From contig CAWGVS010000005.1 of assembly GCA_963826115.1 (NCBI GenBank), positions 352,001 through 416,000 on the forward strand: DNA of 64,000 bases, read 5' to 3'. This DNA comes from an uncultured Candidatus Rokubacteria bacterium. Its GTDB lineage: Bacteria > Methylomirabilota > Methylomirabilia > Rokubacteriales > DASRDR01. Below the pieces are notes generated by a model. That model had not been told where the DNA came from. It saw only the letters and a list, made by a program, of their open reading frames with translations, and did no database searches. Position 1 is the first letter of the stretch, and each line of letters starts with the position of its first letter. Made by a program: the position numbers and the translations under genes. Shown here one piece after another: positions 1 through 9,612 of this stretch.

Positions 1-81
1 CCCGCCGCTGCTGTAGGTGGGGGCGACCACGCTCACCGGCTTCCCGGCGGCCAACTTCCGCTTCGCGCTGTTGTTCCTCAC
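1..81 (-). CDS. 5' end of a probable HpcH/HpaI aldolase family protein (runs off the window edge)
   Basis: GTG at 81 preceded by AAAGGAG RBS; reads MRNNSAKRKLAAGKPVSVVAPTYSSGG, resembling the N..K.KLAAG start of HpcH/HpaI proteins; only 27 codons visible. Confidence 0.45.
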   Translation of the reverse strand, partial: MRNNSAKRKLAAGKPVSVVAPTYSSGG

Positions 82-257
82 CGGTGCTCCTTTGTGGGAT
101 CAGGTTTCGGATCGTTCAACATTACGCCCTCTTGGCTGGTGGCGCGCCGGATTGTTGGGGGGGCGCCTGCCCTGGCCGCCATGCTCGCGGGGCTCGGAGA
201 ACGCGCCGAGCCGGTGCGATCTCGGATTGAACGCCGGCGGCGCCGTTGGCCGATTGC

Positions 258-1301
258 TCACGCTCCGATGGAGGGGAGGCCGTAGAGGGCCCGCGCGTTG
301 TCGTCGAGGATCTTCGCGACGACGTCCTGGCTCACCTGGCCGTGCGCTTTCAGGTGACGCAGCGCGCCGAGATCGGTTGCCGTGTGCTCGTGCCCGTAGT
401 CGGTGCCGATGACCAGGTTGTCCTCGCCCGCGTACTTGAGGACGTAAGGGAGGTCGTCGTCCGTCTGGCACGTCACGAACAACCGGTTGTCCCGCAGCGC
501 GGTGAACCGGTCGAAGGCGTCCCCGGGCCGTCGCTCGGCGCGTCGGGCAAGATCGTGGAGCGCGGCCGGGATCCACTGCGCCGCCGCCTCGATGAAGCCG
601 ACCCGGAGCCGTGGGAACCTCGCCGGAATGCGCGCGGAGAGGATGGAGTGGAACGCGCTGATCACGGAGAGTTTCGCCCGAGAGTAGCCGTCCTCCCTGC
701 CGAAGAGATCCTGCCAGGCGAAGCTGTTGTTTCCGGCATGGATCCCGAGAGGCACGTCGAGGTCCGAGGCCGCGGCATAGAGCGGAAAGAAGTACGGATT
801 GTCGAGCGTCATGTCGTGCTCGATTCCGTTCAGGAAGACGGCGCACGCGCCGCGCTCTCGCGCCAGCGCGAGCTCCTGGAGGGCACTGTCCATGCTCGAC
901 AGCGGCAGGACGGCCGCCCAGCGCAGGCGGCCCTTGCCGCGGCTCCAGACGTCCGCGAGCCAGCGGTTGTAGCTTTGGCAGAGCGCGAGCTCGACCTCGG
1001 GCCGCCGGGTCAGCGGTCGCAGGAAGACCGTCGGATAGAGGACCTGGAGGTCGATGCCGAGCTCGTCCATGTGCCGGAGCCGCGCGTCGACATCCGTCAA
1101 TTCCCGCGATGCCTGGGGCGTCTCCTGCCCCTCGGCGAGGACCGGGTAGGGTCGTCCATCGAACATCCAGTAGCGTCGGGGTGGGACGTGACCGTTCCGT
1201 TCCGTGACGAGCGTCGGCATCAGAGAGCGGGCCGAGCGCTCGACGTACGTCCAGGTGTGCTGGTTTTCGACCGCGTGAGCATCGGAGTCGATCGCCATCA
1301 T
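258..1301 (-). CDS. Amidohydrolase family protein (Amidohydro_2 type)
   Basis: N-terminal IDSDAH, RLRHMDELGIDLQVLYPT, LGIHAG, C-terminal GTDYGH metal-binding motifs; start trimmed to ATG at 1301. Confidence 0.85.
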   Translation of the reverse strand: MMAIDSDAHAVENQHTWTYVERSARSLMPTLVTERNGHVPPRRYWMFDGRPYPVLAEGQETPQASRELTDVDARLRHMDELGIDLQVLYPTVFLRPLTRRPEVELALCQSYNRWLADVWSRGKGRLRWAAVLPLSSMDSALQELALARERGACAVFLNGIEHDMTLDNPYFFPLYAAASDLDVPLGIHAGNNSFAWQDLFGREDGYSRAKLSVISAFHSILSARIPARFPRLRVGFIEAAAQWIPAALHDLARRAERRPGDAFDRFTALRDNRLFVTCQTDDDLPYVLKYAGEDNLVIGTDYGHEHTATDLGALRHLKAHGQVSQDVVAKILDDNARALYGLPSIGA

Positions 1302-1458
1302 CCTCGCTGCGCCTCCCGACGGCGGCGGTGGCGCCGGGCGGCGTCCGATGGCCACTCGGCGACCACCGGACCCGACCCGGCGCGCTTGACATGGTAGCGC
1401 GGGCGGATCATCGTCTCAGCGGGCTGTCGGCGTCCAGACTCCACGGAGCATCCGAGAG

Positions 1459-1482
1459 CCAGCGCACGTCCCAGCGCACGTC
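1459..1482. repeat. Perfect 12-bp tandem duplication CCAGCGCACGTC x2
   Basis: Read directly; abuts the AAGGAAGG RBS of the aminotransferase. Confidence 0.8.
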
Positions 1483-1498
1483 AAGGAAGGGTACCATC

Positions 1499-2782
1499 GT
1501 GGACCGGTTGCCTCGCCCGGATCTGCTTCGGGCGGCCGCGGAGCTTCTTCCGGGCGGCGCCCTCCATCGGCGCCCGCTCCCGGACGAAGTCAACACCATC
1601 TTCGTCCGGGGTCGAGGAAGTCGGATCTGGGACGTCTCGGGCAAGGAGTACATCGACTATCTGATGGGCTCGGGCCCGATGATCCTGGGTCACGCGCACC
1701 CGGCGGTCAGCGAGGCGGTCAAGAATCGCATCGACATGGGGTGGCAGCTCCACCAGGTCACCGATGTGACGCTCGAGCTCGCCCGGCGGATCGTGGACGC
1801 CGTCCCGTGCGCCGAGTCGGTCAAGTTCACCACCACGGGCAACGAGGCCACCTACACCGCGCTCCGTCTGGCTCGGGCGCTCACGGGTAAGCGCAAGATC
1901 CTGAAGTTCGAGGGAGGTCTTCACGGGACGCACGACTACGCGGCCTGGAGCGTCAGGCCCATCGGTCCCCCGGCCTACCCGCTGGGCGAGCCAGACTCCG
2001 CCGGCATTCCGGACGTTCTTCGTGAGCACGTCCTGGTGGCACCGTTCAACGACGCGGAGCGGGCGGGCGCGCTGATTCGCCAGCACGCGTCCGAGCTCGC
2101 CGCCGTCATCGTCGAGCCGCTGATGCGAACGATAAGGCCTCGGCCCGACTTTCTCGCGGCACTGCGCGCGACCACCCGGGACTGCGGCGTGCTGCTCGTC
2201 TTCGACGAAGTCGTGACGGGCTTCCGGCTGGCGTGGGGAGGCGCGCAGCAACACTATCGTGTCACGCCGGACCTGGCGACGCTGGGGAAGGTCGTGGGCG
2301 GGGGCTTTCCGGTGGGGGTGGTGGTCGGTCCCCGAGCGCTCATGGCCAGATTGGGCGGCGCCAACGGAGGACATGATCGCGTGGTGAGCACGGGGACACA
2401 CTCGGGCAATCCGATCACCTGCGTGGCGGGGGTCGCCACGCTGCGCGAGCTCGAACGGCCCGGCACTTACGAGCGGCTCGAGCGCAGTGCCCAGCGCCTC
2501 CGGGCGGGCTTCCGCGAGGTGTGCGCTCGCCTCGGCGTACCCGCGCGGGTGATGGGCGAGGGGTCCATCGTCGGCCTTCTGTTCACGAGCCAGGAGGTCG
2601 TGGACTACCGGGGCACCCTGGAGTGCGATCGCGAGCTCGCAGGCAAGCTCGACGTTGAAATGATGAAACGTGGTGTCTTGCACTCGCCGGGCGGAAAGTA
2701 CTACGTGTCGACGGCCCATACCGAGGCGGATGTGGACCAGACGCTCGACATCTTCGAAGCTGCCCTCCGGGTCGTTCGCTAG
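1499..2782 (+). CDS. Class III PLP-dependent aminotransferase (glutamate-1-semialdehyde aminomutase-like)
   Basis: GKEYIDY..GSGPMILGH, FDEVVTGFR, PDLATLGKVVGGG, GTHSGNP; GTG at 1499 after AAGGAAGG. Confidence 0.85.
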   Translation: MDRLPRPDLLRAAAELLPGGALHRRPLPDEVNTIFVRGRGSRIWDVSGKEYIDYLMGSGPMILGHAHPAVSEAVKNRIDMGWQLHQVTDVTLELARRIVDAVPCAESVKFTTTGNEATYTALRLARALTGKRKILKFEGGLHGTHDYAAWSVRPIGPPAYPLGEPDSAGIPDVLREHVLVAPFNDAERAGALIRQHASELAAVIVEPLMRTIRPRPDFLAALRATTRDCGVLLVFDEVVTGFRLAWGGAQQHYRVTPDLATLGKVVGGGFPVGVVVGPRALMARLGGANGGHDRVVSTGTHSGNPITCVAGVATLRELERPGTYERLERSAQRLRAGFREVCARLGVPARVMGEGSIVGLLFTSQEVVDYRGTLECDRELAGKLDVEMMKRGVLHSPGGKYYVSTAHTEADVDQTLDIFEAALRVVR

Positions 2783-2807
2783 CCCGCTCGCCACCAGGGC
2801 CGGGCCG

Positions 2808-4232
2808 GTGTCGAACCTACGACAGAACCTGTACCGGGTCGCCCATCGACTTGGCGGAGACCACCGCTTCGCCATACTCCGTGAGCTGCGCGCGAGCGAG
2901 GGCTGGGATCCTGAGCGGCTCCGACAAGCGCAGAGAGCTCGCCTCGCTTCGATCCTGCTGCATGCGTTCGAGCACGTGCCCTACTACCGGGCGCCGCTGA
3001 TCGAGAGCGGCGTCGTCGTCCCCGGGCGGCCGCCGCGGGTGATTGTCGACCGGCTCCCCACGCTTCCGGTGCTCGAGCGTTCGGCAATCCAGGCGCATCG
3101 CGACGCCCTCTGCGACGCTCGACCGCCGACCACCGGGAATCCGCGCTCCTTGCGACGCACGGGAGGCACGATGGGTGACCCCCTGTGGCTCGTGCAGGAC
3201 CACGTCATGAACGAGCATTCCGGAGCGGTGACGCTCTGGTTCGATGAGTGGAGTGGTCACGTGCTCGGCCAGCCGAAGGTCATCCTGTGGGGCGTCGGAG
3301 CGGACGGGCGGAACACGACCATGTCGGCGCGGCTGGGGCGGCTCTTGAAGAACGAGACGATCCTGCCGATCAATGCGCTGTCGGACGCGACCATGGACCG
3401 GTACCTGGCGCGTATCGCGCGCCGCCGTCCCTCCCAGATCCTCGGGTTTGCCGGGGCCGTGTATCAGGTAGCGCGCCACGCGGAGGCGACGGCCGCGCGA
3501 TTCACACCACCCCGGGTCGTGATGGTCTCGGCGGAGACGATGGTGGAAGGCCTGCGGGAAACGGTAGAGCGCGCGTTTCGAGCGCCAGTCGTCAACCGCT
3601 ACGGGACTCGTGAAGTGGGGGGCGTCGCCTGCGAGTGCCGTGAGCGGCGCGGGCTCCACGTGTCGGCCCTCACGCATCACGTCGAGGTCTTGCGGCCGGA
3701 CGGGAGCGCCGCCGAGCCCGGAGAGGTAGGGGATCTCGTCATCAGCTTGCTGACGAACTACTCGATGCCGCTCATCCGCTACCGCATCGGCGACCGGGCG
3801 GCGTTTCTGGCGGATGGGGCCCCGTGCCGGTGCGGGCGCGCCCTGCCCACGCTCGCCACCGTCGCGGGGCGGTCTCTGGACGCCTTCGTCCGGAGGGACG
3901 GTGTCTGGGTACACGGTGTCGACGTGAAGCGCTTCTATCATCGGATGCCCTGGATCCAGCAGTTCCAGGTGGTCCAGCTGGGGCTCGACCGAGTCCTGGT
4001 GCGTCTGGTCGACCGCGAGCGGGGACCCGAGGTCCTCGCCGCGCGGCGCGCCGACCTGGACGCCATTGGCGCGTATCTGCGCGAGCTCATGGGTGTCCGC
4101 TGCGAGGTGACCTTCGAGTTCGTCGCGGGGATCCCACGGGAGGCCTCGGGCAAGTATCGCCAGACCATGAGGGTGGAGCCCGCCGATCCCTCCGGACCGG
4201 CGCCGCGACCGCAGCCCGACGAGCGCGTCTAG
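2808..4232 (+). CDS. Phenylacetate-CoA ligase family / CapK-like adenylate-forming protein
   Basis: HAFEHVPYYR, TGGTMG P-loop-like motif, NRYGTREVG, MPLIRYRIGD, SGKYR; adjacent to GT4 genes. Confidence 0.8.
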   Translation: MSNLRQNLYRVAHRLGGDHRFAILRELRASEGWDPERLRQAQRARLASILLHAFEHVPYYRAPLIESGVVVPGRPPRVIVDRLPTLPVLERSAIQAHRDALCDARPPTTGNPRSLRRTGGTMGDPLWLVQDHVMNEHSGAVTLWFDEWSGHVLGQPKVILWGVGADGRNTTMSARLGRLLKNETILPINALSDATMDRYLARIARRRPSQILGFAGAVYQVARHAEATAARFTPPRVVMVSAETMVEGLRETVERAFRAPVVNRYGTREVGGVACECRERRGLHVSALTHHVEVLRPDGSAAEPGEVGDLVISLLTNYSMPLIRYRIGDRAAFLADGAPCRCGRALPTLATVAGRSLDAFVRRDGVWVHGVDVKRFYHRMPWIQQFQVVQLGLDRVLVRLVDRERGPEVLAARRADLDAIGAYLRELMGVRCEVTFEFVAGIPREASGKYRQTMRVEPADPSGPAPRPQPDERV

Positions 4233-5359
4233 GCACCCCGCCGCGAATCCGCCAGAACGCGATCGTACGCGGCCTCGTGGGCGCGGACCATCGTCGAGAT
4301 CTGGAAGTGCTCGGTGACGTGCCGTCGCCCCGCGTTGCCCAGGGCCCGCGCCTCAGCCGGATTCGACAGGAGCCGCATCAGTCCGGCCTCCAGGGCGCCA
4401 GCGTCACCGGGCGGCACCAGGAGACCGGTCCGACCATCCACGATGGCCTCTCGCGTCCCGCCGGCATCCGTCGCGACGACGGGCCGGCCCGCCGCGAGCG
4501 CCTCCAGCACCGCGTTCGGGAAGCCTTCCCGGAGCGAGGCGTGCGCCACGACATCCGTCACGGCGAGCAGTGCCGGCACGTCGTGCCGCGCGCCGAGAAA
4601 GTGGACCGAGCTCCTTACGCCGAGCGCGGCCGCCCGGCTCTCGAGCTCGTCATGGAGAGGGCCGCCGCCCACCAGGAGCGCTCGAGACCGCGGTAGCGCG
4701 CGAACGACCGAGGTCCACGCCTGAAGGAATACCGCGTGTCCCTTGGATCGGCGGAGGTTCGCAATCACCGTGACGAGCGGCCCCGCCCCGGCGACGCCAA
4801 GCGAGTCCCGAAGCCGCGGATCAGGCGCGGCGTCGAAGCGTGAGCAGTCGACCCCGTTGTGAATGACGATGAGCCGGTCCTCGGCCAGGCCCTCGTCGCG
4901 CTTCACGGCATCGCGCACGGCGGCCGAGTTGGCGATCACGAGATGCGTCCACGCATTGGCGAGTCGGCGAAGCGCTCCGCGCCACGGAGGCGGCGGTCTC
5001 GCCAGGTTGAGGCGGCTGCCGACGACCGCGGGCACTCCGAGCAGGCGGCCACCGAGCGCGGCCGCGACGTTGCCCCAGTATAGGTGACCGTGGACGACGT
5101 CGGGCCGCACGCGGCGGAGGAGCCGCCACAAGCCCAGCAAGGCCCGGAGACGCCGAGGTCCCGAGGTGGCGGCGACGATCTCGACCGGCACTCCACGCGC
5201 GGCCAGCGTCGCCGCCAGCGGCCCGCCGCCGGCGAGACAGCAGACGGTTGGCTCGAACCGCGCGCGGTCGAGCCCGGACGCAAGCTCGACGAGCTGCGTC
5301 TCCGCGCCGCCGCGCTCGAGCGTGCCGATGACGTAGAGGATCCGCGTCCGCGGCGTCAT
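4229..5359 (-). CDS. Glycosyltransferase family 4
   Basis: GGAETQL N-terminal motif, KGH, EGFPNAVLEA (EX7E), PVVATDAGG. Confidence 0.9.
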   Translation of the reverse strand: MTPRTRILYVIGTLERGGAETQLVELASGLDRARFEPTVCCLAGGGPLAATLAARGVPVEIVAATSGPRRLRALLGLWRLLRRVRPDVVHGHLYWGNVAAALGGRLLGVPAVVGSRLNLARPPPPWRGALRRLANAWTHLVIANSAAVRDAVKRDEGLAEDRLIVIHNGVDCSRFDAAPDPRLRDSLGVAGAGPLVTVIANLRRSKGHAVFLQAWTSVVRALPRSRALLVGGGPLHDELESRAAALGVRSSVHFLGARHDVPALLAVTDVVAHASLREGFPNAVLEALAAGRPVVATDAGGTREAIVDGRTGLLVPPGDAGALEAGLMRLLSNPAEARALGNAGRRHVTEHFQISTMVRAHEAAYDRVLADSRRGA

Positions 5360-5372
5360 CGGCGGTGTCGTC

Positions 5373-6572
5373 TCACGCGGGAGTGACGGAGCGTTTCAGC
5401 CGTTCGTAGAGGGCTTCGTGGCGTTGGACCATCGCCTCGAGGCCGAACCGCTCGGCCACGCGGCGCCGTCCCGCCTCGCCGAGGGCCCGGGCCTCGGTCG
5501 GACGGGCAAGCAGGCGGGCCACGGCCTCGGCCAGGGCGCCGCTGTCTCTTGCCGGCACGAGTAGTCCGGTCTCCCCGTCGACAACCGCTTCCGGGGTTCC
5601 CCCGACCGAGGTGGCGACGACCGGCTTTCCCGCGGCCATGGCCTCGAGGACCGCGTTTGGGAATCCCTCCTCCAGGGAGGGATGCGCGACCAGGTCCACC
5701 AATGCCAGGATGGCCGGCACGTCGGACCGCGAGCCGAGGAGCCGTACCGATCCGTCAAGATCCAGTGCTCGGATCCGGCCGGTGAGCTCCTCGCGGAGTG
5801 GCCCGTCCCCGATGAGGATCGCCTGGGCTCTCGGGTGGGTGCCGCGCAGGCTTCTCCACGCGTCGAGGAAATATCTGTGACCCTTGTAGTCGAGGAGGTT
5901 CGCCGTCACGCCCACGAGGGGCGCGCCGGCATCGAGCCCGAGGCTCGCCCGGAGCGACGGGTCCGGCCTGCACCGGAAGCGCCGGAGATCCACGCCGTTC
6001 CGGATGATCGTGACACGCTCCGAGGCGATGCCTTCCGAGTGGAGGACCTGATGGCGGACCGCCTCGGAGTTCGCGATGACGAGATCGGTGGCCAGGTTGC
6101 CGAGTCGGGTCAGCGCGCGGTAGACGGGGTGCCGGGCCCGGGGGGGGCCGAGGTTGCGTCGGCTGGCGATGATCACCGGGACCCGTGCTGCCCGGGCAAC
6201 GCAGGCACCCAGGGTATAGCTCCAGTAGAGGAAGCCGTGCACGATGGCCGGTCGGTCACGCGTGAGGATCCGCCAGAGCCGCGCGAGTCCGCGCGCGAGC
6301 CCGGGCGTGGAGCTCAGGCCTTGCACGAAGCTGCGGGGCCGCTGGAGACCCACCACTTCGACCGGGACGTCATGCTCCCGGAGCACGAGCTCCAAGGGTC
6401 CTCCGGTTCCCAGGCAGTAGACGCGGGGCTCGAAGCGAGTCCGATCGAGTGCGAGCACGAGATCGGTGACCTGTCGTTCGGTCCCGCCGACCTCCAACCC
6501 GACCACGACATAGACGATGCGGATCGGCGCTGCCAGGCGCCCTCCGTCAGCGGTCGCCGCCCGAGTCGTCAT
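5373..6572 (-). CDS. Glycosyltransferase family 4
   Basis: GGTERQV, YKGH, EGFPNAVLEAMAAGKPVVAT; tandem paralog of 4229-5359. Confidence 0.9.
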   Translation of the reverse strand: MTTRAATADGGRLAAPIRIVYVVVGLEVGGTERQVTDLVLALDRTRFEPRVYCLGTGGPLELVLREHDVPVEVVGLQRPRSFVQGLSSTPGLARGLARLWRILTRDRPAIVHGFLYWSYTLGACVARAARVPVIIASRRNLGPPRARHPVYRALTRLGNLATDLVIANSEAVRHQVLHSEGIASERVTIIRNGVDLRRFRCRPDPSLRASLGLDAGAPLVGVTANLLDYKGHRYFLDAWRSLRGTHPRAQAILIGDGPLREELTGRIRALDLDGSVRLLGSRSDVPAILALVDLVAHPSLEEGFPNAVLEAMAAGKPVVATSVGGTPEAVVDGETGLLVPARDSGALAEAVARLLARPTEARALGEAGRRRVAERFGLEAMVQRHEALYERLKRSVTPA

Positions 6573-6587
6573 GGCCGTGTCGTGACG

Positions 6588-6617
6588 ACCCTAGGTTCCC
6601 CGCGACGAGACTGTCAA
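6588..6617 (-). promoter_or_regulatory. Putative sigma-70 promoter for the GT4 pair
   Basis: TTGACA-N18-TAGGGT on the minus strand, ending 15 nt upstream of ATG 6572. Confidence 0.5.
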
Positions 6618-6682
6618 CGGTCTCGCCGGGACTTCGGCATTGCGGCAGTGGACGAGGGGGGACGTGATCGGGCTCCGATCCC

Positions 6683-7924
6683 TCACGCCTGTCGGGCGCG
6701 AGATCGTTCGGCGGTCGAGCCTGGGCGGCGAGCCAGAGACGTGGAGGCGGCCGAGCCGACGACGATGAGCGCGGCCAGGAGGAAGATCGGCCGGTAGCTG
6801 CCGGTCACGTCGAAGACGAGCCCGCCCGCGTAGGAGCCGAGCGCGCCCGCCCCGTGGTGGAAGAGGTTGGTCGCGCCGAAGATCGCGCCGTGGTGCGCGG
6901 GGCCGAAGAGCTGTCCGATGAGCGACGACGCGAGCGGCGCCGTGGTGAAGAACGTCGCCCCGAAGAGCGCCGCGAAGAGGTAGAGCTGCCAGGGCTCGCG
7001 GACCAGCGGGAGGTAGAAGAGCGCGGCCGCCCGGACCCCGTAGGTGAGGACGAGGGCGCCGCGGGTGCCGATCCGGGTCGCCACCGCGCCGGCCGTGAGG
7101 ATGCCGACGACGTTGGCGGCCGCCCAGAGACTGACGGCGTTGGCCGCGACGGCGGGAGCCATGCCGAGATCCATCGCGTACGGCGGCAGGTGTGTCGTCA
7201 TCAGGAAGTCCGTGAAGCCGCAGCCCATGAGGCCGAGCGTCATCGCCCAGAAGGCCGGCGTCCGGAGGGCGGCGCGGCGGTCCACCGACGGCTCCGCGGG
7301 CCGGGGCTCCGGAGCGCCGCCTGTTCCCCGCATCCCGGGCGCGGCCGCCGCGGTCGGCGCGTCACGGAGCGTGAAGACCAGGACGCCGACGGTGATCGCC
7401 AGCGTCGCTGCCAGCAGCAGGTAGGTCTCGCGCCAGCCCACGACGGCGCTCGCGCGCCCGGCCGCCTGCGTGAACGCGAGGTGACCGAGGGAGAACCCGC
7501 AGGCCGCCACCGCGGAGACGAAGCCGCGCTCCTCCGGGAACCAGCGGCTCACGTGGATCGACACCGGGAGGATCCCGCAGCCCGTGTAGCCCACGGCCGC
7601 CACGACGCCGTAGAGCGCGATGAACTGCCAGGGCGCGTGGGCGAGGCTCACGAGCGCCGTGCCGACGGTCATGAGCGACATCGACGCGAGCATCACCCGG
7701 CGGGGCCCGAAGCGGTCGACCAGCATCCCGAAGGGCGGCTGGCCCGCGGCGTTCACGAGGAGGCTCGCGGTCGCGGCGAGCGCGAGCGTCGAGCGATCTC
7801 CCCCGAGCTCGCCGAGGATCGACTTGAAGAGGATCCCGAAGGCGAAGTTGACGCCGGTCCCGACGAACAGGACGACGAAGCCGGCGGCCAGCGCCCCCCG
7901 GCGCCCGGCGCCGGCCGCGCTCAT
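6683..7924 (-). CDS. MFS transporter
   Basis: About 12 hydrophobic segments, GMLVDRFGPRRV motif A, SRWFPEERG; ATG at 7924 overlaps the upstream stop. Confidence 0.88.
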   Translation of the reverse strand: MSAAGAGRRGALAAGFVVLFVGTGVNFAFGILFKSILGELGGDRSTLALAATASLLVNAAGQPPFGMLVDRFGPRRVMLASMSLMTVGTALVSLAHAPWQFIALYGVVAAVGYTGCGILPVSIHVSRWFPEERGFVSAVAACGFSLGHLAFTQAAGRASAVVGWRETYLLLAATLAITVGVLVFTLRDAPTAAAAPGMRGTGGAPEPRPAEPSVDRRAALRTPAFWAMTLGLMGCGFTDFLMTTHLPPYAMDLGMAPAVAANAVSLWAAANVVGILTAGAVATRIGTRGALVLTYGVRAAALFYLPLVREPWQLYLFAALFGATFFTTAPLASSLIGQLFGPAHHGAIFGATNLFHHGAGALGSYAGGLVFDVTGSYRPIFLLAALIVVGSAASTSLARRPGSTAERSRARQA

Positions 7925-8427
7925 CGGGCCGGGAGGATCAGGCAGGTGCCGACGCCGTGGGCGAGGAGCTTGCCCGCCGCGTCCGTCAGCCGGGCCTCGG
8001 CCGTGGCCAGGCGGCTCCCGACGTGGATGACCCGGCCCTCCGCCCGGAGGCGCCCGCTGCCGACCAGGACCGGGCGGACGAAGTTCACCTTGATCTCCGC
8101 GGTCGTGTAGCCGGTGCCGGCGGGGAGCGTGGTGTGGACCGCGCACGAGAGCGCGGAGTCGAGGAGCGTGCTGATGACCCCGCCGTGCACCGAGCCGATC
8201 GGGTTGTACTGCGCCTCGGACGGCTCGCACTCGAACACCGCGCGCCCCGCGTCGACCTCGGTGAGCGTGAAGCCCACCAGCTGGCTCACCGGCGCGGGCG
8301 GGAGGCGCCTGTCCCGGATCGCCTCGAGGAACTCCCGGCCCGAGAGGCGCCCCGCGGCCTCCGCGCTCGCCGCCGGGTCGTCCCAGCGGACGGCCCGGTG
8401 CCGCGCGCCCGCGCCTTCCTCGCTCAC
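7921..8427 (-). CDS. PaaI family thioesterase
   Basis: YNPIGSVHGGVISTLLDSA hotdog motif, YTTAEIKVNFVRP. Confidence 0.88.
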   Translation of the reverse strand: MSEEGAGARHRAVRWDDPAASAEAAGRLSGREFLEAIRDRRLPPAPVSQLVGFTLTEVDAGRAVFECEPSEAQYNPIGSVHGGVISTLLDSALSCAVHTTLPAGTGYTTAEIKVNFVRPVLVGSGRLRAEGRVIHVGSRLATAEARLTDAAGKLLAHGVGTCLILPAR

Positions 8428-8435
8428 GGACCCGC

Positions 8436-9521
8436 TCAGCGGAGGCGGTACTTCCGCTGGGCGTCGGGCGCGAGCGCCATCCCGTGGCCCGGGCGGTCGG
8501 GAATCCGGATGAGGCCGTCGGCCGGGTCGGGCCGGGGCACGTGCTCGAACAGGTCGGGCGGGAACCAGTCCATGTACTCGACGAGGAAGCCGTTCGAGAG
8601 GGCGCCCGCGACGTGGAGCGAGAGCTCGTGGACGACGTGAGGCGAGACCAGGATCTGGTGCGCCGCCGCCAGGTGCCCGATCTTGAGCGTCTCGCTGAAC
8701 CCGTTCGCCCGGCAGACGTCGGGCATGAGGTACCGCGCGGCGCGCCGCTCGCAGAGCTCCCGGAACTCGAAGCGGGTGTAGTGGTTCTCGCCGGTCGCCA
8801 CCGGAATCCGGATGGCGCGCGCGACCTCGGCGCACGCCGCGATGTCGTCGGCCAGCACGGGCTCCTCGTACCAGACGAGGTCCAGGTCCTCGAGTGCGGC
8901 GGCCAGCCGGATGTTGCCGAGGACGTCGAGCTTCTGATTGACGTCGACCATCAGCCGGACGCCGTCGCCGACCGCCTTCCGCACCGCCTCGACGCGGCGC
9001 CGGTTCTCGCGCGGCTCGGGGTGGTGGACCTTGAGCTTGTAGTAGCGGAGCCCCGCGGCGGCGTACCGCTGGGCTTCCTCCACGAGGTCCTCGAGCCGGT
9101 ACGCCGGCCAGCCGCCGCTGCCGTACGCCGCGATCCGGTCGGTGACGGCGCCCCACAGCCGGTAGAGCGGCTGGCCCGCGGCCTTCCCGACGAGGTCCCA
9201 CAGCGCGATGTCGAGGGCGGAGAGGGCATAGCCCGCGACGCCCAGGCGCCGGATCCCGCGGTCGGCGCGGTACATCCGCTCCCAGAGCCGCTCGACGAGC
9301 CGCGGGTCCTCGCCGACGAGGAGGGGCGCGAGGCGCGTCTCGAGATAGACCTGGATCGACTCGGCGCCGCCACCGCCGAACGCGAGGCTGTAGCCGAGCC
9401 CCGACACGCCCTCGTCGGTGTGGACGTGGGCGACGACGAGGCGGTGCTCGCGGAACTCGAGCGACATGGGATGGGGCGTGGGGACGGAGAGGACGGCGCT
9501 GTCGACGGACGTGATCTTCAT
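8436..9521 (-). CDS. Mandelate racemase/muconate lactonizing enzyme family protein
   Basis: [32 protein letters not shown]. Confidence 0.9.
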   Translation of the reverse strand: MKITSVDSAVLSVPTPHPMSLEFREHRLVVAHVHTDEGVSGLGYSLAFGGGGAESIQVYLETRLAPLLVGEDPRLVERLWERMYRADRGIRRLGVAGYALSALDIALWDLVGKAAGQPLYRLWGAVTDRIAAYGSGGWPAYRLEDLVEEAQRYAAAGLRYYKLKVHHPEPRENRRRVEAVRKAVGDGVRLMVDVNQKLDVLGNIRLAAALEDLDLVWYEEPVLADDIAACAEVARAIRIPVATGENHYTRFEFRELCERRAARYLMPDVCRANGFSETLKIGHLAAAHQILVSPHVVHELSLHVAGALSNGFLVEYMDWFPPDLFEHVPRPDPADGLIRIPDRPGHGMALAPDAQRKYRLR

Positions 9522-9612
9522 GAGCGTCCGTCGGGGACTATCGCAGACGCCCTCCGACCGGTCAAGGCGGCGGCTCCCCGCCACGCGAGACGCGCCGTAC
9601 AATGGCCTCGCA

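Noticed and set aside
1499-2782. Assigning the symbol hemL
   Set aside because: GSA-aminomutase-like but divergent and without tetrapyrrole gene context; left as class III aminotransferase
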